From assembly GCA_964035545.1 (NCBI GenBank), contig OZ037765.1:21018995-21082994 (forward strand): 64,000 nt of DNA, read 5' to 3'. Positions 50,201-63,937 of the stretch are shown here, in pieces (the first letter of the stretch is position 1; each line of letters begins with the position of its first letter). The position numbers and the translations under genes are program-made. The notes beneath the pieces are model-generated. The model saw nothing but the letters and a program-made list of their open reading frames with translations, searched no databases and was not told the origin of the DNA. This DNA comes from Bugula neritina. Lineage: Eukaryota > Animalia > Bryozoa.

Positions 50201-53200
50201 ATTTAGTCTTGTGGCCATTTGAAAAGCTAATATTCATTTGCATAATTTCTAACTACAGTCTAACATAATCAGTTATTTTCATTTTTTACTTTCAAAAGCT
50301 GCAGCTGGCATAAGATGAATAAATGGTAGTTGCTAGAACAAGGGTAACTTTTGATCAACTTATAAATGCTGGTGTTTGAAACCAATACTCTAGATAAGTT
50401 ATGCTGGTGATTCCCTTTGCTATCATACTTAAACTAAAAACAAGCCAAAATTGTTGATGGCCTCATTATTTTGAGCATAACACTCTTGTGGGATGCTAAG
50501 CTATACTTGGACGTGGACTGATATATTTATTTAATGTTTAATTCTGTTGGTTAATCCTAAATGTCAAAACAATCATTAGTGACTTTTCTATCAAAGTAGT
50601 AACATGATTCACCACCTCACTGATTCTCTCAGCACTATCAAGGCTTTGTTCCAAAGAGTAACAATTATTTGTGGGTCATAAAATATCAGATAATGTGTTT
50701 ACTACTAGTCAGTCTTATCAACATTAATTATTTATGTCCTCAACAAGATGATTCATCTGTGGTTATCTGCTGTCTACTCACACGTTTTTAATTTACTCTC
50801 AATTTATCTCCTGGTGAGCTTCATGGGTTTTTAACCACCAGCTAAAGAGAAAAAGAATTGCAGATGAGGTGCTTCATAAACTGCAACGATTATTAGTTAG
50901 CCAAGTTTTACAGTAAATATCTGTTTTTTAAAGGCTACCCTTTCCTTACTATAAATATTGAGAGATCTACACCAAAATAATACACAGCGTCCAACTTGCT
51001 GATGCATTTGCTTCAATATTAAAGGCATTTGAAGTTTCGATTTAAAATTTATCTTTCAAATTTATAATATCATTTTTGTATCCCTAGTGTTTTAAATCTG
51101 TGTTGTGTTTTGATCCACAACTTTCACTAAAGCCATAAATCAGTTATCATTCATCTCAACCTTTCTCAAGTTAGGACATTGGTTTTGATTCCCAAGACGT
51201 TTGTTTCATACATGCTTTGAAAAATAAAATGCTAAGTCAAAGATCACTATTGCATTTTACTATCGCATAATCTTACTTCAAAAGCATACTTTCTATAAAA
51301 TTCTTTCATTTTCAAAGATAACTTGAGAGTTGCTTTACTAAAGTAATCTATGTTAGAAAGTTTGATAATAATGCTTTTCGATTTTGACTTGTGAGGAAGT
51401 TTCGAAGTGGTTCAGTAAGAAAATCAGGTGTCTCCCAGTTCAAAGAGTGGGAATCCCATTTCTAGCATTTCTGTTGGAACTGTTCAGATCTGTAAAGACC
51501 TCTGCCCCACCAGAAATCGAATTGGTTTTACAAGATCCACAGCTAATAAACAGAAGCCCCACGTCATGTATTTTAATCAGCACACTTTAAAACTCGAATT
51601 TAACTCTGTTAAGCTAAAAGTGCTTCTTTTATAGTAGTTATTGACTAGCTAGTGTTTCCTTTATCACATAATGAAGGAAAGTTATGCAGACATCACAGTA
51701 TTCAGTAGAGACCAGCTGATGGTGAACCTGACTGTTCTCGAAAAGTAATATCGTACTGGGTATTCAGTAAATTAATTTGATAAGCTGCCTTTGATTTTAC
51801 TGACTGCAATTAATAGTTGCACCGGAATAAAAGGACAAACTTATTAGTGTGTTCAGTTTAATTGTAAAAATCTACTAGCTTTAACATTTGCTCGTTGCTA
51901 TGGAAAGAAAATAATTCCACCCAATCTATGAAATTGTATATATTTGAATTTATTTAAGTCTTTGTAAAATATTAGTTTTTATCTCTAAAATGTAGTGAGT
52001 CGATCAAAGGTCGGTCAAAAGCATAAGACCTTTGCTGAGTTGTGCCAATGTTCCATTAAAACATGAATAATTTCTTGCAGCTTGTGACGCTATGTAGCAA
52101 CAATCCTGCAATTTCTATTTCATTGGTTATTCTCATCTTTGATTAAAAATGTAATAAACGACTTTCATTCTTGCAAAAGAAGTGTTTACTAATAAACATG
52201 AAACAATTTTTCCTTTTTGTATCATCATTTTGCTCTAGTTGAAGTCTGAATTTCGTATTTGAAGTATGTTGCATATTTCCTGATTTTTGCTATTCCTGAC
52301 TGCTTTATAAAAAATTACTTTTCTTTCATGCTTTGTCTTTAAGTGTAAACTTTCAACTCAGTAAAGGAATGCCTGAACTAATGGGAAGATTTATTACAGA
52401 CCATTTGGCTTTGCAAAGTCCTAACAATGGTTAGAACTTGCAGTCTAGACTAGTAAATTATTAAAAGCTATTATATTATTAGTTTTGACAGGCACATCCT
52501 AATCTTTACAAATCATAGCTATTATCATCATGTGATCTATCAAGTTTTTGTTTAACTTTGTTATAAAATATTACAGACTTTGAAATGGAGAATAATGTTC
52601 AGTTGATGTCAATATTTGCTCTGGGTTTTCTCTAATTTAGTCATCTACTTTTGTTTATTAAAAATTATACCAAATGAAATTGAGTGAATGTTTTTTGCAA
52701 GAGTTACTGATTCTGTCTAGCATTAGAGTGGGTTTAGACATTTTAAGCCATAAAAAACTTTAGTTTTGCAATGTCTCTAAGCTGTTAAAAGCTCATAATA
52801 AAAAGTTTCAGTAGTGCGTAGTCCAATTTTATGAGCGGAACTGGTAAAATGGTTATTTGATGACTCTTTCAAAAATCTTATACTTTCTTTACTAAGGCTA
52901 GGGCCACACAACGGATTTTCAAGCATTTGGACCCCCATGCAGAAAATCGGCTTAGTGTGGCTCTAGCCTTACTTTACTTCTACTTTCTTACAAATTAACT
53001 TCAGTCTAATTTTAAAAAAGAAAGCATTATAAAGTAATGCCATGTTCTATTTGTGTGTTCTAATGTTTAGGCTGTTTCTATAGAAACCACTCTGGCCATG
53101 ACCGTTGGTGATTTGGATTGTACATTTAAAATGGAAAGCAAAAAATCAGTTTTAACATAAAGTATTATGTCTTTCCAAATTTCATGCAGGCTGGTGGCCA

Positions 53201-56200
53201 ACAATTTGTATGGTTCAGCTTTGACAACTGAACAATAGAATATTACTATTTGTCACTGTAAAATATAGTATCTGTTATTATAATTATTATAGTTGTGATG
53301 ATTTTTATGGAATGTTGCTGCGTTATGCAAGCATTTAGCCATTCATTTCGTTTTTACTCTGTCGAATGGTGTAAAATATTATAATGTTTTGGTAAATAAT
53401 TATTGCACAAGGCAAGGATAATTATTGTGAATAATGGGCCTACATGTTGCTTATAAAAACAAATTATGAATATTAGGAAAGTGTGGCAATAATTGTGACC
53501 CTCACCAACTGAAGGAAAAGATTTATTTTAATGAAAAGGATTAAGAATACCTTTTCAAGTAGTTTTTAACAATTTTGTTTAAGAAACTATGCAAATGCAG
53601 ATAAGTAGCTCTTTCATGACTCACCAGTCCAAAGTTGGGATGTAACCAAATTGAATCACACTATTTTGCTTCCGAAACAGAAGCAGTGTGCTAAAATCTT
53701 TTGCTATCACGTGTCATATCAGTTCATCAAATCACATGACTTTGTGCAATAGTTTGCTTCAATTTTATAAATATTTTCAATGAAACATAGTATGCGTTGA
53801 AATTGCATAAAGAGTTACTAGTGTTGTGCAATGATTCCACTCCAAAATTCTGATATTGTCCGCTTTCACTTTGGCTCTCTTGTTATTGACTGTTTATTGA
53901 AATTAGCAAATAGGTTTCTTTTTGAAAACATTTTCAGCTATGCAGAGTTTATTACCTAATTTGCTATACCAGTAGTGTAGTATGCAACCTTTAGTTAGTG
54001 CCACTCTCAAGCTAATCTCTCTGCCTCCTGCAAGAACTTTAATCATCAAATAACAGCAGCTGGCATCTATGGCAGCAGAGGAAGGTGTCATAATGTGATA
54101 AATTAACTTCACCTTTTCATGATTCAGCACTCTGTAAGCTTCAACTAATCCTGTGATATTACAACAGCATTGGCAAGTTTGGCAGTTGTGGTGTGGCCTT
54201 TGAATCCTTTATTGTATTTATAAATAACTGTTGGTTACCAGGTGCAATTCACCATATCATTTTCACATTCTAAACTTATCAATAATATGTACTCTAGTCT
54301 ATAAGGTAGCTTTAAAACTGCCAAAATTTTAGCTGCTCTAAGATAGGCACCAGTTATTAGATTATATTGTAATAAGTTACTGTCTTGATTTCTAGATAAG
54401 ATGAACAGCATCCTGGTGTTTAGTGGTTGTGGGGCTATAGTAGTTATAGTTCTGGTTACATGTATCGTCCTCACTTCTGGCTGCTATAAAACCGACCGAA
54501 CAAGGAAAGAGCCGCAGACGTATGAACCCGGCAAGCAGAAGTTCTATCATCCTTATGCCATTGATACCATGACCCTGGTAAGTAGTGGTATTAAAGTCTG
54601 TCATAAGTAGTTGAAGTTAGTACTAAGTTAGTTTATAAACCAGTTATTAATAGCAAATAATCGATAAACTAATATAACAAATATTACAATAAAAAAATTT
54701 CCACCATCAAAAAAGCCAGTGCATCATATACATACACATCCACACATGCACATGAGAGCTCAGGTGTGCCTGTATACTCTGCATTTGGTGGTGCAGAATT
54801 ATACCTGTTAGGACAAGGCTATTATGAGTGACACACAAACCTGCTTCTGTAATGAAAGGACAGTTAGGAAAAAGAATACAAATAAACGCTTTTTGTTCAA
54901 AAACTGTCAGATGCAAACATGTCACCAGATAGATGAAGCCAATGATTGTGTCTTTACAAATACCAGAAATGGTTGGACAATGCAAAGTGTTGAATGACAG
55001 AGTGACAATTCTGATTGGCAGCTGAATTTTATTGATAACATAAAGTGAAACATAGACATGTGTCAGAAAAACAGACAAAATTATTCTAGATGCCTCTAAA
55101 CATATTGGGAAGCCATAAAGTTCCATATTCCAGCTTATAAGCCCTGAACCACAATACAATTGCTTCCATGGGAAGAATAAGCTGAAACACGTATCCTAAT
55201 CCTCACAGCTAAGTGGTTGTTAGTGACTGTTGCAGGCGAACTAGAGTTTATTTATACCTTAGTAGGTATCAACTAGTGGCTACTAAACTTAGTAGCTCTA
55301 CTGGAGAACACCCCAGCTGTGGTGGATGCATCAATAGGCAGGTATAGGCAGGTAGCTGTCTAGTGGGTAGTTGGCAGTTGGGGCTTCCTATCTCCTACTA
55401 CTTTCACTAACCAACTGCACGTCTCATAATCTAAAACACATTATAAATACATTCAGGCATTTCAACTTAGTCATGTTATTGTTTTTATATTAATTATATT
55501 CATTAGATTTGGCACGCAGTCATGCACGGGTCTAGGCTATAGCTACTCAGCTTGCATAGTTGTACACCACATCTGCTAGTCAAAGTCTATACAAACCTTT
55601 ACCTTGATACTACATCTACTTGCAATAGGGTATAAGTTCACTCTCAACCAGGGTTGGCATTCATTATCATTTCATCAAAGAATGTTGCATTAGTAATATC
55701 TGCAGCAAGTTTGATTAAGGTTCAGAGTTTCACATGAATCTCTAGAAAAAACATCACACAGAACAAAATGAGGTTGTTTTGTTTGGACTTCAATATGCTA
55801 GAAGAATAGTTCGAAAAGTTTTTGCAGTCATGATCTAATTGACTAGCTAGTCAGCTCTTCGCATTTTATTTTTGCTTTTAATTCCCATCCCTATTGGGAA
55901 TCAAAATGAAGTAATTTATAACATAGGGCAGTTAGGCCAAGTGGTTACTCAGTTTCACTCCTGATAGGTAGATTCTGCACTCTGCAGGGAGCTTTCATCA
56001 CCGAAATTCCACTTTATGTGGCAGAACCTTTAGATGGTGAGATGGGTGAGCCCTGATATTATGATTAACAGCTGCGAGGCAGCTACTGCAGTCCTATAAT
56101 AATCATAACCAGACTGGGATAAGTAACTTGCTGAAGCACTTCAAACCCATTAAACCGTTATTCTACATCAAGTCTTGTTCATTAGATAGGTTCCATAGTT

Positions 56201-58441
56201 TCTGTTAAGAATCTTTTCAAGGGATAATTGCTTTGGCTAGTTATGTAATAACTCACTCTATACTCTATATTCTATACCTATAGCATCTCCATAGCACAGG
56301 CTGTGTCTGGAATTTTAGATTTTAAAGTTGAATAATGAATATCAAAGAACAGTGAAGTACCTAACGTCTGTGTCAAGATTTATTTCTCTGATATGAAAAA
56401 ATATGGAAATGTGTAATTAATTTGATTTATGCATTGTATATTTGTGGCTGAATAATTATCATCACGATAGATACTCCCTTGCATGCCAACAGCATATCAA
56501 AAATGTGCAATTTTGCATACATTAATTATCCAGCTTGCTTGGGACTAAAATAGAAACTTCATATCATTTTTAAATTAAATTGACTGACAGCATAGCAGGT
56601 GCTTCCTCCTTTCTATTTATCAAACATTCATTTCATTTTATTTCAGGATCACAAAAAATACAGCAGAAAAGAAAATTTTCAATCTATCAGTGAGAGTCCA
56701 ACTCATGAGTCTACCACCATAGAGAGATGGGTTAACAGTCAGCTAAGTAGAGGCAGGAGGCAGTCTTCTGCTATAAGTATGTTCTAATAATTACTGTAAC
56801 TGATTTTTAATTAATTAATCCTAAGTCCTAAACCATAAGCTTTAGATAACATGAATAATCATAGTTCTCTTTCTACTAGTGTAGACAGAATTAGGAGTTG
56901 TCTCTGCAAGCTACTCAAGTATTCTCTTATAAAACATGTGGAGTAAGAGCTTAAATCTACATAGAAATTAGCTTTGTAGCTTTGCTTGTAATACTTTCTT
57001 ATAGAATATGATTATAGTTATGCAATTTGTTTTTATCAATCCCGATTGAAAAGTTGAAAATATCAATTCTTTAGATGTTTCCTTTCAGTCTAATTATAAA
57101 AGTGTTATTGACTGGCTGAAAAAAATACATTTCAGTTGAAATTTTCAAATTTGAGAAGCAAAACATAGTCCAACCACAAACTGCTAACCCAGCTGTGACA
57201 CTATAATACAAAATACAAATGGTGCCATTATAATTTGCTTGATTCTTCAACTTGAATGGTTATTTGACAATTTAATAAAATTTAAATAACTAATTCCATA
57301 TTTAGCCATTGACAGGTTTGGGAACCACCATTCATATAAATTTAGACAGTAGCAAATTGGCTGATGGCCAATAAATACCCTCAATTACTTTCAGTTATCA
57401 ACTGTAGGTCTGGGAAATAAATGGTCAATAATTTAAACAAAATAAACTGAATTTAGGTAATTGATTCAACACATTAGATATCAGCAATATCATATTATTT
57501 TGTTTCAGAAGTACTTAAAATACATCATGCTGTGAAATTGTCTGTTTCTAGCCCGCAGGGTACATAATATATGTACATCTCTATTCTATCACTTGCATCT
57601 TGTTTATATATATTATCTTGCCTCATTTCCTTTTTGTAATTATAGATATGAATCATGATGGACACAGTAAAGGTGTTAGTAACACTCCAAGACTAAAATC
57701 TCCCAGTGAAGACATGCTAACTACAGACTCTGGAATTGGCACAACTGCTCCTAGGAGTCAGTATAAAGAAGCAGATAGAAGCTATGTGCATGGCTCCAGG
57801 AGAAGCAAAGAACTGCCAAAAGTATGTGAAGTCTGTAGTCTATACAACTCAAGTCACATCAGTTTCTAACCGTTATGAAAGGATTTGCATTTGAAGCTAA
57901 TGACCCTTGCTGTTGCAGTTATAAGTAACTGAAGTGTATTTCAACTGCAGTAGTTGAAGCAATTAAAGCAGTCAATGTATTATAATTATCTAATAGAGTG
58001 ATTGGTAAATAGATCATTGCCTTTCTAAATTGTACCTGTATCTGTAAAGAATATAAATTAGATCTTGTCTAAGTGGAGTAATCCAGGTATATATAACTGA
58101 TCCCTACATGTATTGTAGCTGTTTGGTATGAGTGAAGAGAAAATAAACAATTGTTTTTTGTTTGAATAAATTGAAATTTGCTGCAATGTTATACTTATAA
58201 AGAATTCGTATAATTTTCACTATTGACTCGAATTTTGATTTATCTTTAACAATTTAATGCAAGTAATTTTTTGCAGGGTAACAGCAGGACACAACTCCTA
58301 AGTAGTCCAGAGCCATTCTACGGCGAACCACATTTCAAGACGTGCAACTCCATAAACTACGTACAACATGAAAATGGAGCATATATGTTCTCAAATTCCA
58401 GAGACGCGAGAAATAGCATAGAGGAAAGCAGTAAACTGTAA
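47234..58441 (+). CDS. Uncharacterised type I membrane protein, about 346 aa (signal peptide, about 105-aa ectodomain, TM helix, long Ser/Tyr-containing cytoplasmic tail)
   Basis: Phase-compatible exons 47234-47315, 47657-47730, 49736-49803, 49956-50119, 54396-54577, 56647-56776, 57646-57821 and 58277-58441 (1041 nt). Signal MMLLLMLVVGLGGVAG; TM ILVFSGCGAIVVIVLVTCIVL; ends EESSKL*. Confidence 0.8.
52895..52969. mobile_element. 75-bp hairpin mini-MITE related to the 12412 element
   Basis: TA-AGGCTAGGGCCACAC...GATTTTC..GCAT / ATGC.GAAAATC...GTGTGGCTCTAGCCT-TA. Shares the CTAGGGCCACAC terminus with the 12412-12757 element. Confidence 0.85.
55930..56160 (+). mobile_element. Probable SINE-like insertion
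   Basis: Begins with A-box-like TAGGCCAAGTGGTTA and forms a GC-richer island inside an AT-rich intron. Its apparent exon is out of phase with the host gene. Confidence 0.35.
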
Positions 58442-59134
58442 AATTAACTAAACGTTAAATAGAAGGACAGCTGAAAATTTGCTGGTTGTGAACTATTGGT
58501 TGCATATATGGTTGCCGCTCAGTGGATTTCCTTATACTTAGGTCTGCCAATGCTGCTGAAGATGTATATATTTACCAAGCTCGAGCATTTATGCTACCTT
58601 GAAACATTAGAACTCAAGCTAAAAGGCTTTGCTTTTATTATTGACTATGCAATTAGCAAGGGAAGCTAAGAAAACACATACAATGTGGTTACTATTCGCC
58701 TGCATGGTGTTGACAATCTTGCTCAATTGATTTGTGTACCAATGATATTAGTGCTTTAGAACATGTTTTTATAGTAAATTAAAAATTTGATTGAAAATCA
58801 GATTAACTTAGCAATTTATGTTACTATTCGTTTGTCATTCAATGCCTCAACAAAATAATGAAATTCTGGAAATGTTTTACAAAAGGTAGACAACTTCCAA
58901 ATAATTATGCTTTTTGAATTACAGATAATAGGCTGCAGCATAATGTAATATTATAATAATATTATTGTTAGTAGTAATTATATTTTTTGTATTAAAACAC
59001 AATTAGCAAAATAAAAATATATAAAAAAACAATAAGTTAACTTTTTAGTAATGAATACTGATGAAAAAAAATTATAGAAAATTTTCTTTGAATGACTCAG
59101 ACTGAGAATGAACTCCGTAGTAGCCTGTGGTATC

Positions 59135-60273
59135 TCAAGATGGGATTTCTATTGAATTAGCCTTAGTTTTCTTAGTACCTTTAGCTGATGACTTAGCAGA
59201 AGAGCTGGAAGCTGATGCTTCTCTAGTTCCTTTATACTCGCCAAGTACGCTAAAAGTTAACAGCACACTATAAGCAATGCTGGCTAGCATTTTTCAAATC
59301 CAAAAGTTAGATAAAGTTCTTATAAGCACAGACCAAGGAGTTGTGGGGCCAGTGTAACACAAGAGCTGCACGTTATTAATCTAAGCCCCCTCCCTTAACT
59401 AAAATCTTTTGAGTCAATAATAGAAAATGCTTTTAAGAATATAACTATTTAAACTTAGACTGCTATTATTGTTACTTATGTATGTACCAGTATACTGTTT
59501 AAAAAATATTTTAAAGATAATTTACTGGTACATACATAAGTTTACATTTATGAATAGTTGTAGCATTAAAAGTATTTTTTCATACTAATATAAAAATTAT
59601 ATCCAGTCAATTAATTTTTGAAATTGTCAAATAAATTAAAATAGCAGCTCCCAAAAATTATATAGGGAAGCTTGAGAAGTCTTACATCTTGAAGCAAAAG
59701 CAAAGCTAATCAAAAATTCATAGGATAACGATGCCAGTATACAATGTTTACAAACCTCTGTAGGAACTTGACACACTCATTGTGAGCGTACATCTTAGCT
59801 ATGTCCAACGGAGTATCTCCGCTGTCATCTTTATCGTCTAGTCTAATATTTGCATTATGTAGTGCTCTGAGGATATGAATTCTACCTGACTCAGCAGCAC
59901 AGTGAGACGGTGTCCAGCCATTATCCATCCGTATGCTGCCATTAACACCGATAGAGAGTAGAAGCCTAGTACATTCTATAGACCCTATAGATATAAAGTA
60001 CTATGTTGTGATCTAGAAACTCACATTACAAATAGCGCTATAATTTTTAAATTTACCACACACAAATTAGGGAAGAAGATCATATTAAACAATCTTGAAG
60101 GTGATTTATGAAAATTATTTATGCATACCACGAATACATGCCCAGTGCAGAGGGGCTTTTCCACCCCATTCTTCATCTCTACAATTAGGATCATATTTCC
60201 CCGTTTTTAGATAATCTTCCAGGGATTCATAATCACCAATAGCACATGACTCATGCAAAACAAGCTCTGTCAT
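59135..60273 (-). CDS. ANKRD66: Ankyrin repeat domain-containing protein 66-like, 162 aa
   Basis: Exons 60273-60129, 59984-59756 and 59249-59135: MTELVLHESCAIGDYESLEDYLKTGKYDPNCRDEEWGGKAPLHWACIRG...GWTPSHCAAESGRIHILRALH...GDTPLDIAKMYAHNECVKFL, matching the ANKRD66 pattern. A non-coding first exon probably ends at the donor near 61097. Confidence 0.88.
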
Positions 60274-61364
60274 TGCAGATTCTTCCTAAGAAATATCAGA
60301 GTGTTTTATATCAACTTTTCCTGAAAACAATGTTAAAAAATCTGAACAGAAACACCTTCTTGCTTTGCAGGCTATATGTTCTCCACCTTTGTTTAGGATT
60401 GCAATCAATTTTTTTAACTACTTGGTTATCAGCTTAATTAACAAAAATAGAGACCTATAGACTTTTACTACTGCATTTGAATTGCATAAAAAGTAACAAT
60501 CCATATAATCATATAAAGTAAGTTCTAGATTTGATAATATTTAATCAGATCAAGTGAAAGAATAGTTGATAGACTTATAATTATAGCCTGCTGTAGGGCT
60601 TTAAAGATACTATCAAATGTTTGTGGTTAAGCTCAGTGTCAGGAAATAAAAATTTTAGCAACAAATCAACAACTTTAGTTTTAATTTAGTTCATCATTAA
60701 TTTTAAAGCTTATGCTGCAGCAAAATTACATCTTAATTGTTAGTGATAATACATTAGCATTATCTATTTTAACATATATTAATATTTAATAAAAATATAA
60801 CTATTAGTACTATAAGTAACTTGATAACATTATTCTATCACTATTGATATTATCCAAAATTATTTTATACATATACTAAACACTATACCCACACCATAAT
60901 AATAGCAATACTCATAGTCATATTGCTTAAATTTAATCAACAGGTCTCTAATTTAACTTTTAACTTTAACTTTAAGGTTTAACTTTAACTTTAAGTTTAA
61001 GTTATTGTTAACGCGTTACTAAATCAATTATGAGTTAGTGTTAAATTATCCGTGAAAAGTAAATATTACACCATTAACTGTATCAAAAAGTACTTACATT
61101 AGTCTGATTAGAAAAGGAATCCTTATTGTGTGTATTCTTGCATAGTAATCATTCTCACTCTGGTCTCAGCTTCAGCATGTTTTACTTCAAGTGTTGATCA
61201 GAGATGTAGTTGATTTATTGTTACAAATGAAATAGTATAGCGTAGTTAAAATGGCTTCTGTTTTTATGCAGAATTTTATATGCGGTGGAATACTACAGCC
61301 TTTCAACAATAAAATTTATTTTGTTAAAACAACAGCTATACGTCGCAATCTCGTAATAAACGAG

Positions 61365-61378
61365 CTCACCTTGGAAAC
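61365..61378. promoter_or_regulatory. RFX X-box-like motif in the ANKRD66/CFAP43 bidirectional promoter
   Basis: CTCACCTTGGAAAC versus consensus GTNRCCNYGGHAAC, about 95 bp upstream of the CFAP43 ATG. Confidence 0.6.
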
Positions 61379-61470
61379 GCTCAAAGTCACATTAGCAAAT
61401 GGCGTTTAGACTGAAGCGTGTACCAGTGTAACAACTGCATGCACAAAAAAGCATACAAAGCATCTTGTTA

Positions 61471-63937
61471 ATGGATTCTATTGGGGTTCCCGAACTACGG
61501 TAAAGTTTAATTTTTATGTCGTATATAAATTTAAAATTAAGGCCATAACTGATGCCAGGAAGGGCAGTTGATCATAACGATAATTGCTCCTGACCCATGA
61601 CTGGCCATGAGAGTCAGAGTGAGTCCTGTCACTGTCACATGTGGCTGTGTAATAGTACATTACTACTAGTATTGCTAGTAGAAACAGGTTCCTGGCCCAC
61701 TTATTTTTTTAACATTTAGAGTTTTTGCAAAAATGAAAACTTTGACAAGTAATGAACAATTATGATAATAATTGAAGGAATATTTTTACTAACAAACAAT
61801 TTTGAGTTTTTGTTTTACTCAGCCTTAGGCTCAAATCTTGAGTTACAGTTACACTAGTAATACCAGCAGTACTAGTAATACCAATAGTAATATTAATACT
61901 AATATCAACACTAATACTAAATCTATGCTAATGAAGTTTTCCTTGTTAATAGTTTTGAAATTGAAAATTTAAGATTAGGAATACTTGCAAATTTTAGAAT
62001 TATGACTGTATCATTGATTTTGCTTCTAAGTCTTACTGTAATGCTACAATTATGGCTTTAAATTGTGTCTCTGTAAAAGTATATATTTCATTATTTGCAT
62101 ATTTCTGTTTCTTTGCATACTGTATTATAATTTAGTTAGTTGGGTCATCTTTAATAAAATAACAACTTATACTAAGTCTCATTTTGCTAGATTTTTACGT
62201 AAACTATTATCATAATGACAAAATTTTCATGATTGTCATGCACTTTGTGCTACATTGAGTTTTAACGTTTTATTACTAGCGTTTTTAAAGTGTTTTGTTT
62301 ATTGCAGAAAAATGTCACAAGAGTTTTTATATCGTTTAAAATTATAGGGCAATCATGAGCTTTTAGTCTCAATAAAATAAAAGTGTTATTTCATTTACTT
62401 TTTAATGCTTGTTTGTTGACTTAGGGTTTTACTATATTTTTCAATTGCATTTTAAAATTTAAATTAGAACTTTATTTATATTGTAGGTGGGTAAAAGGCT
62501 ATGATGGCTCACGTGCTAGATATATTGACAGAAGTACCATCGTATATACTTGTGGAAACAATGTAAGCTTTATTAATGAAAATGGAACAAGCTCTGTTTT
62601 TACAAGTCCAGGAGAAGGGGTGGCCTGTCTTGACGTCCATCCTCTTAATAAGGTCTTTGCATTTGCTGAACTATGTCTCAATCCGAGAATCTTTGTTTTC
62701 AATTACCCAGACAAAACTCTCATGTCTGAGCTAAAAGGTCAGTTTATGTTCTATTAATATATTGTTTGACGTATTTATTTTGTAAATTTCCAAGTTATTT
62801 AATTTAAAAATTTATTTCACAGAATAATGTTAACTTTAAAAACTTATTTTAAACCTGTGGTAAAAATCGTTTTACATCATGTAAAACACATTCGAGTCTC
62901 TATTATACAAAGAATATTTATAGATGGAGCTCAGTTGGAATACAGTAACATCACATTTTCTTCTAGCGACTTTCTTGTCAGCATTTCTGGTGTGCCAGAT
63001 TTCAAGCTGTCTTTATGGTAAGTCAGTACCACTCAGCATTGAACTGGTGAAGTGTTGCATGTCATAGTTTTTGTTCATTATCATAATCAATTGATAACGA
63101 GGTAAAGTTTTATATGCATTTAGCAAATCTCAACTTGGTGGTTATTAGAGATATTTATTAAAAATTATAGACAAAATATTTACAATTTCAGAACACAAAT
63201 TATCTTTTTCTTTCTGTCTTGCCAAAGTTAAAAGCTTAATAATGGTTCTTTCAATATCAAGTACGTCTCTACAGTTAAGGAGTAAATTCAATTGTTGTGA
63301 GATTATTATTGAATAAATTTACAGGAATTATGCAAACGGAGAATGTCTTTTGACGGCTCCAGTAGTTCCTGAGAAAATCTCCAGCGTGGTTATCAATCCA
63401 GCCAACTGGAGACAGATTTCTGTAGCGACTGACTACAAACTCTCAGTTTACACAGTAGAGCAGAGCGATACTCAATACAGTGCACTCAGCAGGTGATTCT
63501 GTGCATTTCCTCATTTAAAATATACTGACAATAATTCCCATATCAGTTCTTATAAATTTCTCATTTAAAAATGTTATGTTTACCCATTTATACATTTCAA
63601 TTGTGGATTTGCAGTAACATTTTTTAAAATTGCGCTTTTAATTAATAATATAGCTGAGAGATCTTATTTTTGATTTGTTTTTAGCAATATCAAGCTGTTT
63701 GTTGGTGACAAGCAGACGGACGCTGTGGATGATAGTGTCTCACACAGACATGATGCTATGGCAGTGCATAGGCTGGAGTTAGACATGGCTCCATCAGCTA
63801 TAGCTGGGTTACTAGAACCAGAAGCTGAGAGGTTTGAAGATCATAAAGATTCGCGTATAAAATGTTCCCCAGTATCACAATGCTGGACCCCAGCCGGAGA
63901 TATACTAGTAGGGTGTGAGCAGGGGCAACTATTGCGG
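61471..63937 (+). CDS. CFAP43: Cilia- and flagella-associated protein 43 (WD40), first five coding exons; continues beyond the window
   Basis: Exons 61471-61499, 62487-62737, 62924-63017, 63325-63492 and 63685-63937: ELRWVKGY...TIVYTCGNNVSFI...FAFAELCLNPRIFVFNYP...SISGVPDFKLSLWNY...NPANWRQI...PSAIAGL...QCWTPAGDILVGCEQGQLL, the recognisable CFAP43/WDR96 N-terminus. Confidence 0.92.

Noticed and set aside
54707-55159. 150-aa minus-strand ORF
   Set aside because: No true ATG start, splice support or recognisable motif; probably a chance ORF or degraded repeat inside an intron.
55988-56045. Apparent exon with a good AG and two GTGAG donors in the orphan membrane gene
   Set aside because: Both donors are phase 1 while the next exon needs phase 0, and it lies inside a SINE-like island.
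58430-58441. C-terminal SKL as a peroxisomal PTS1
   Set aside because: The protein has a signal peptide and a TM helix, so matrix import is unlikely; a PDZ-ligand reading fits better.
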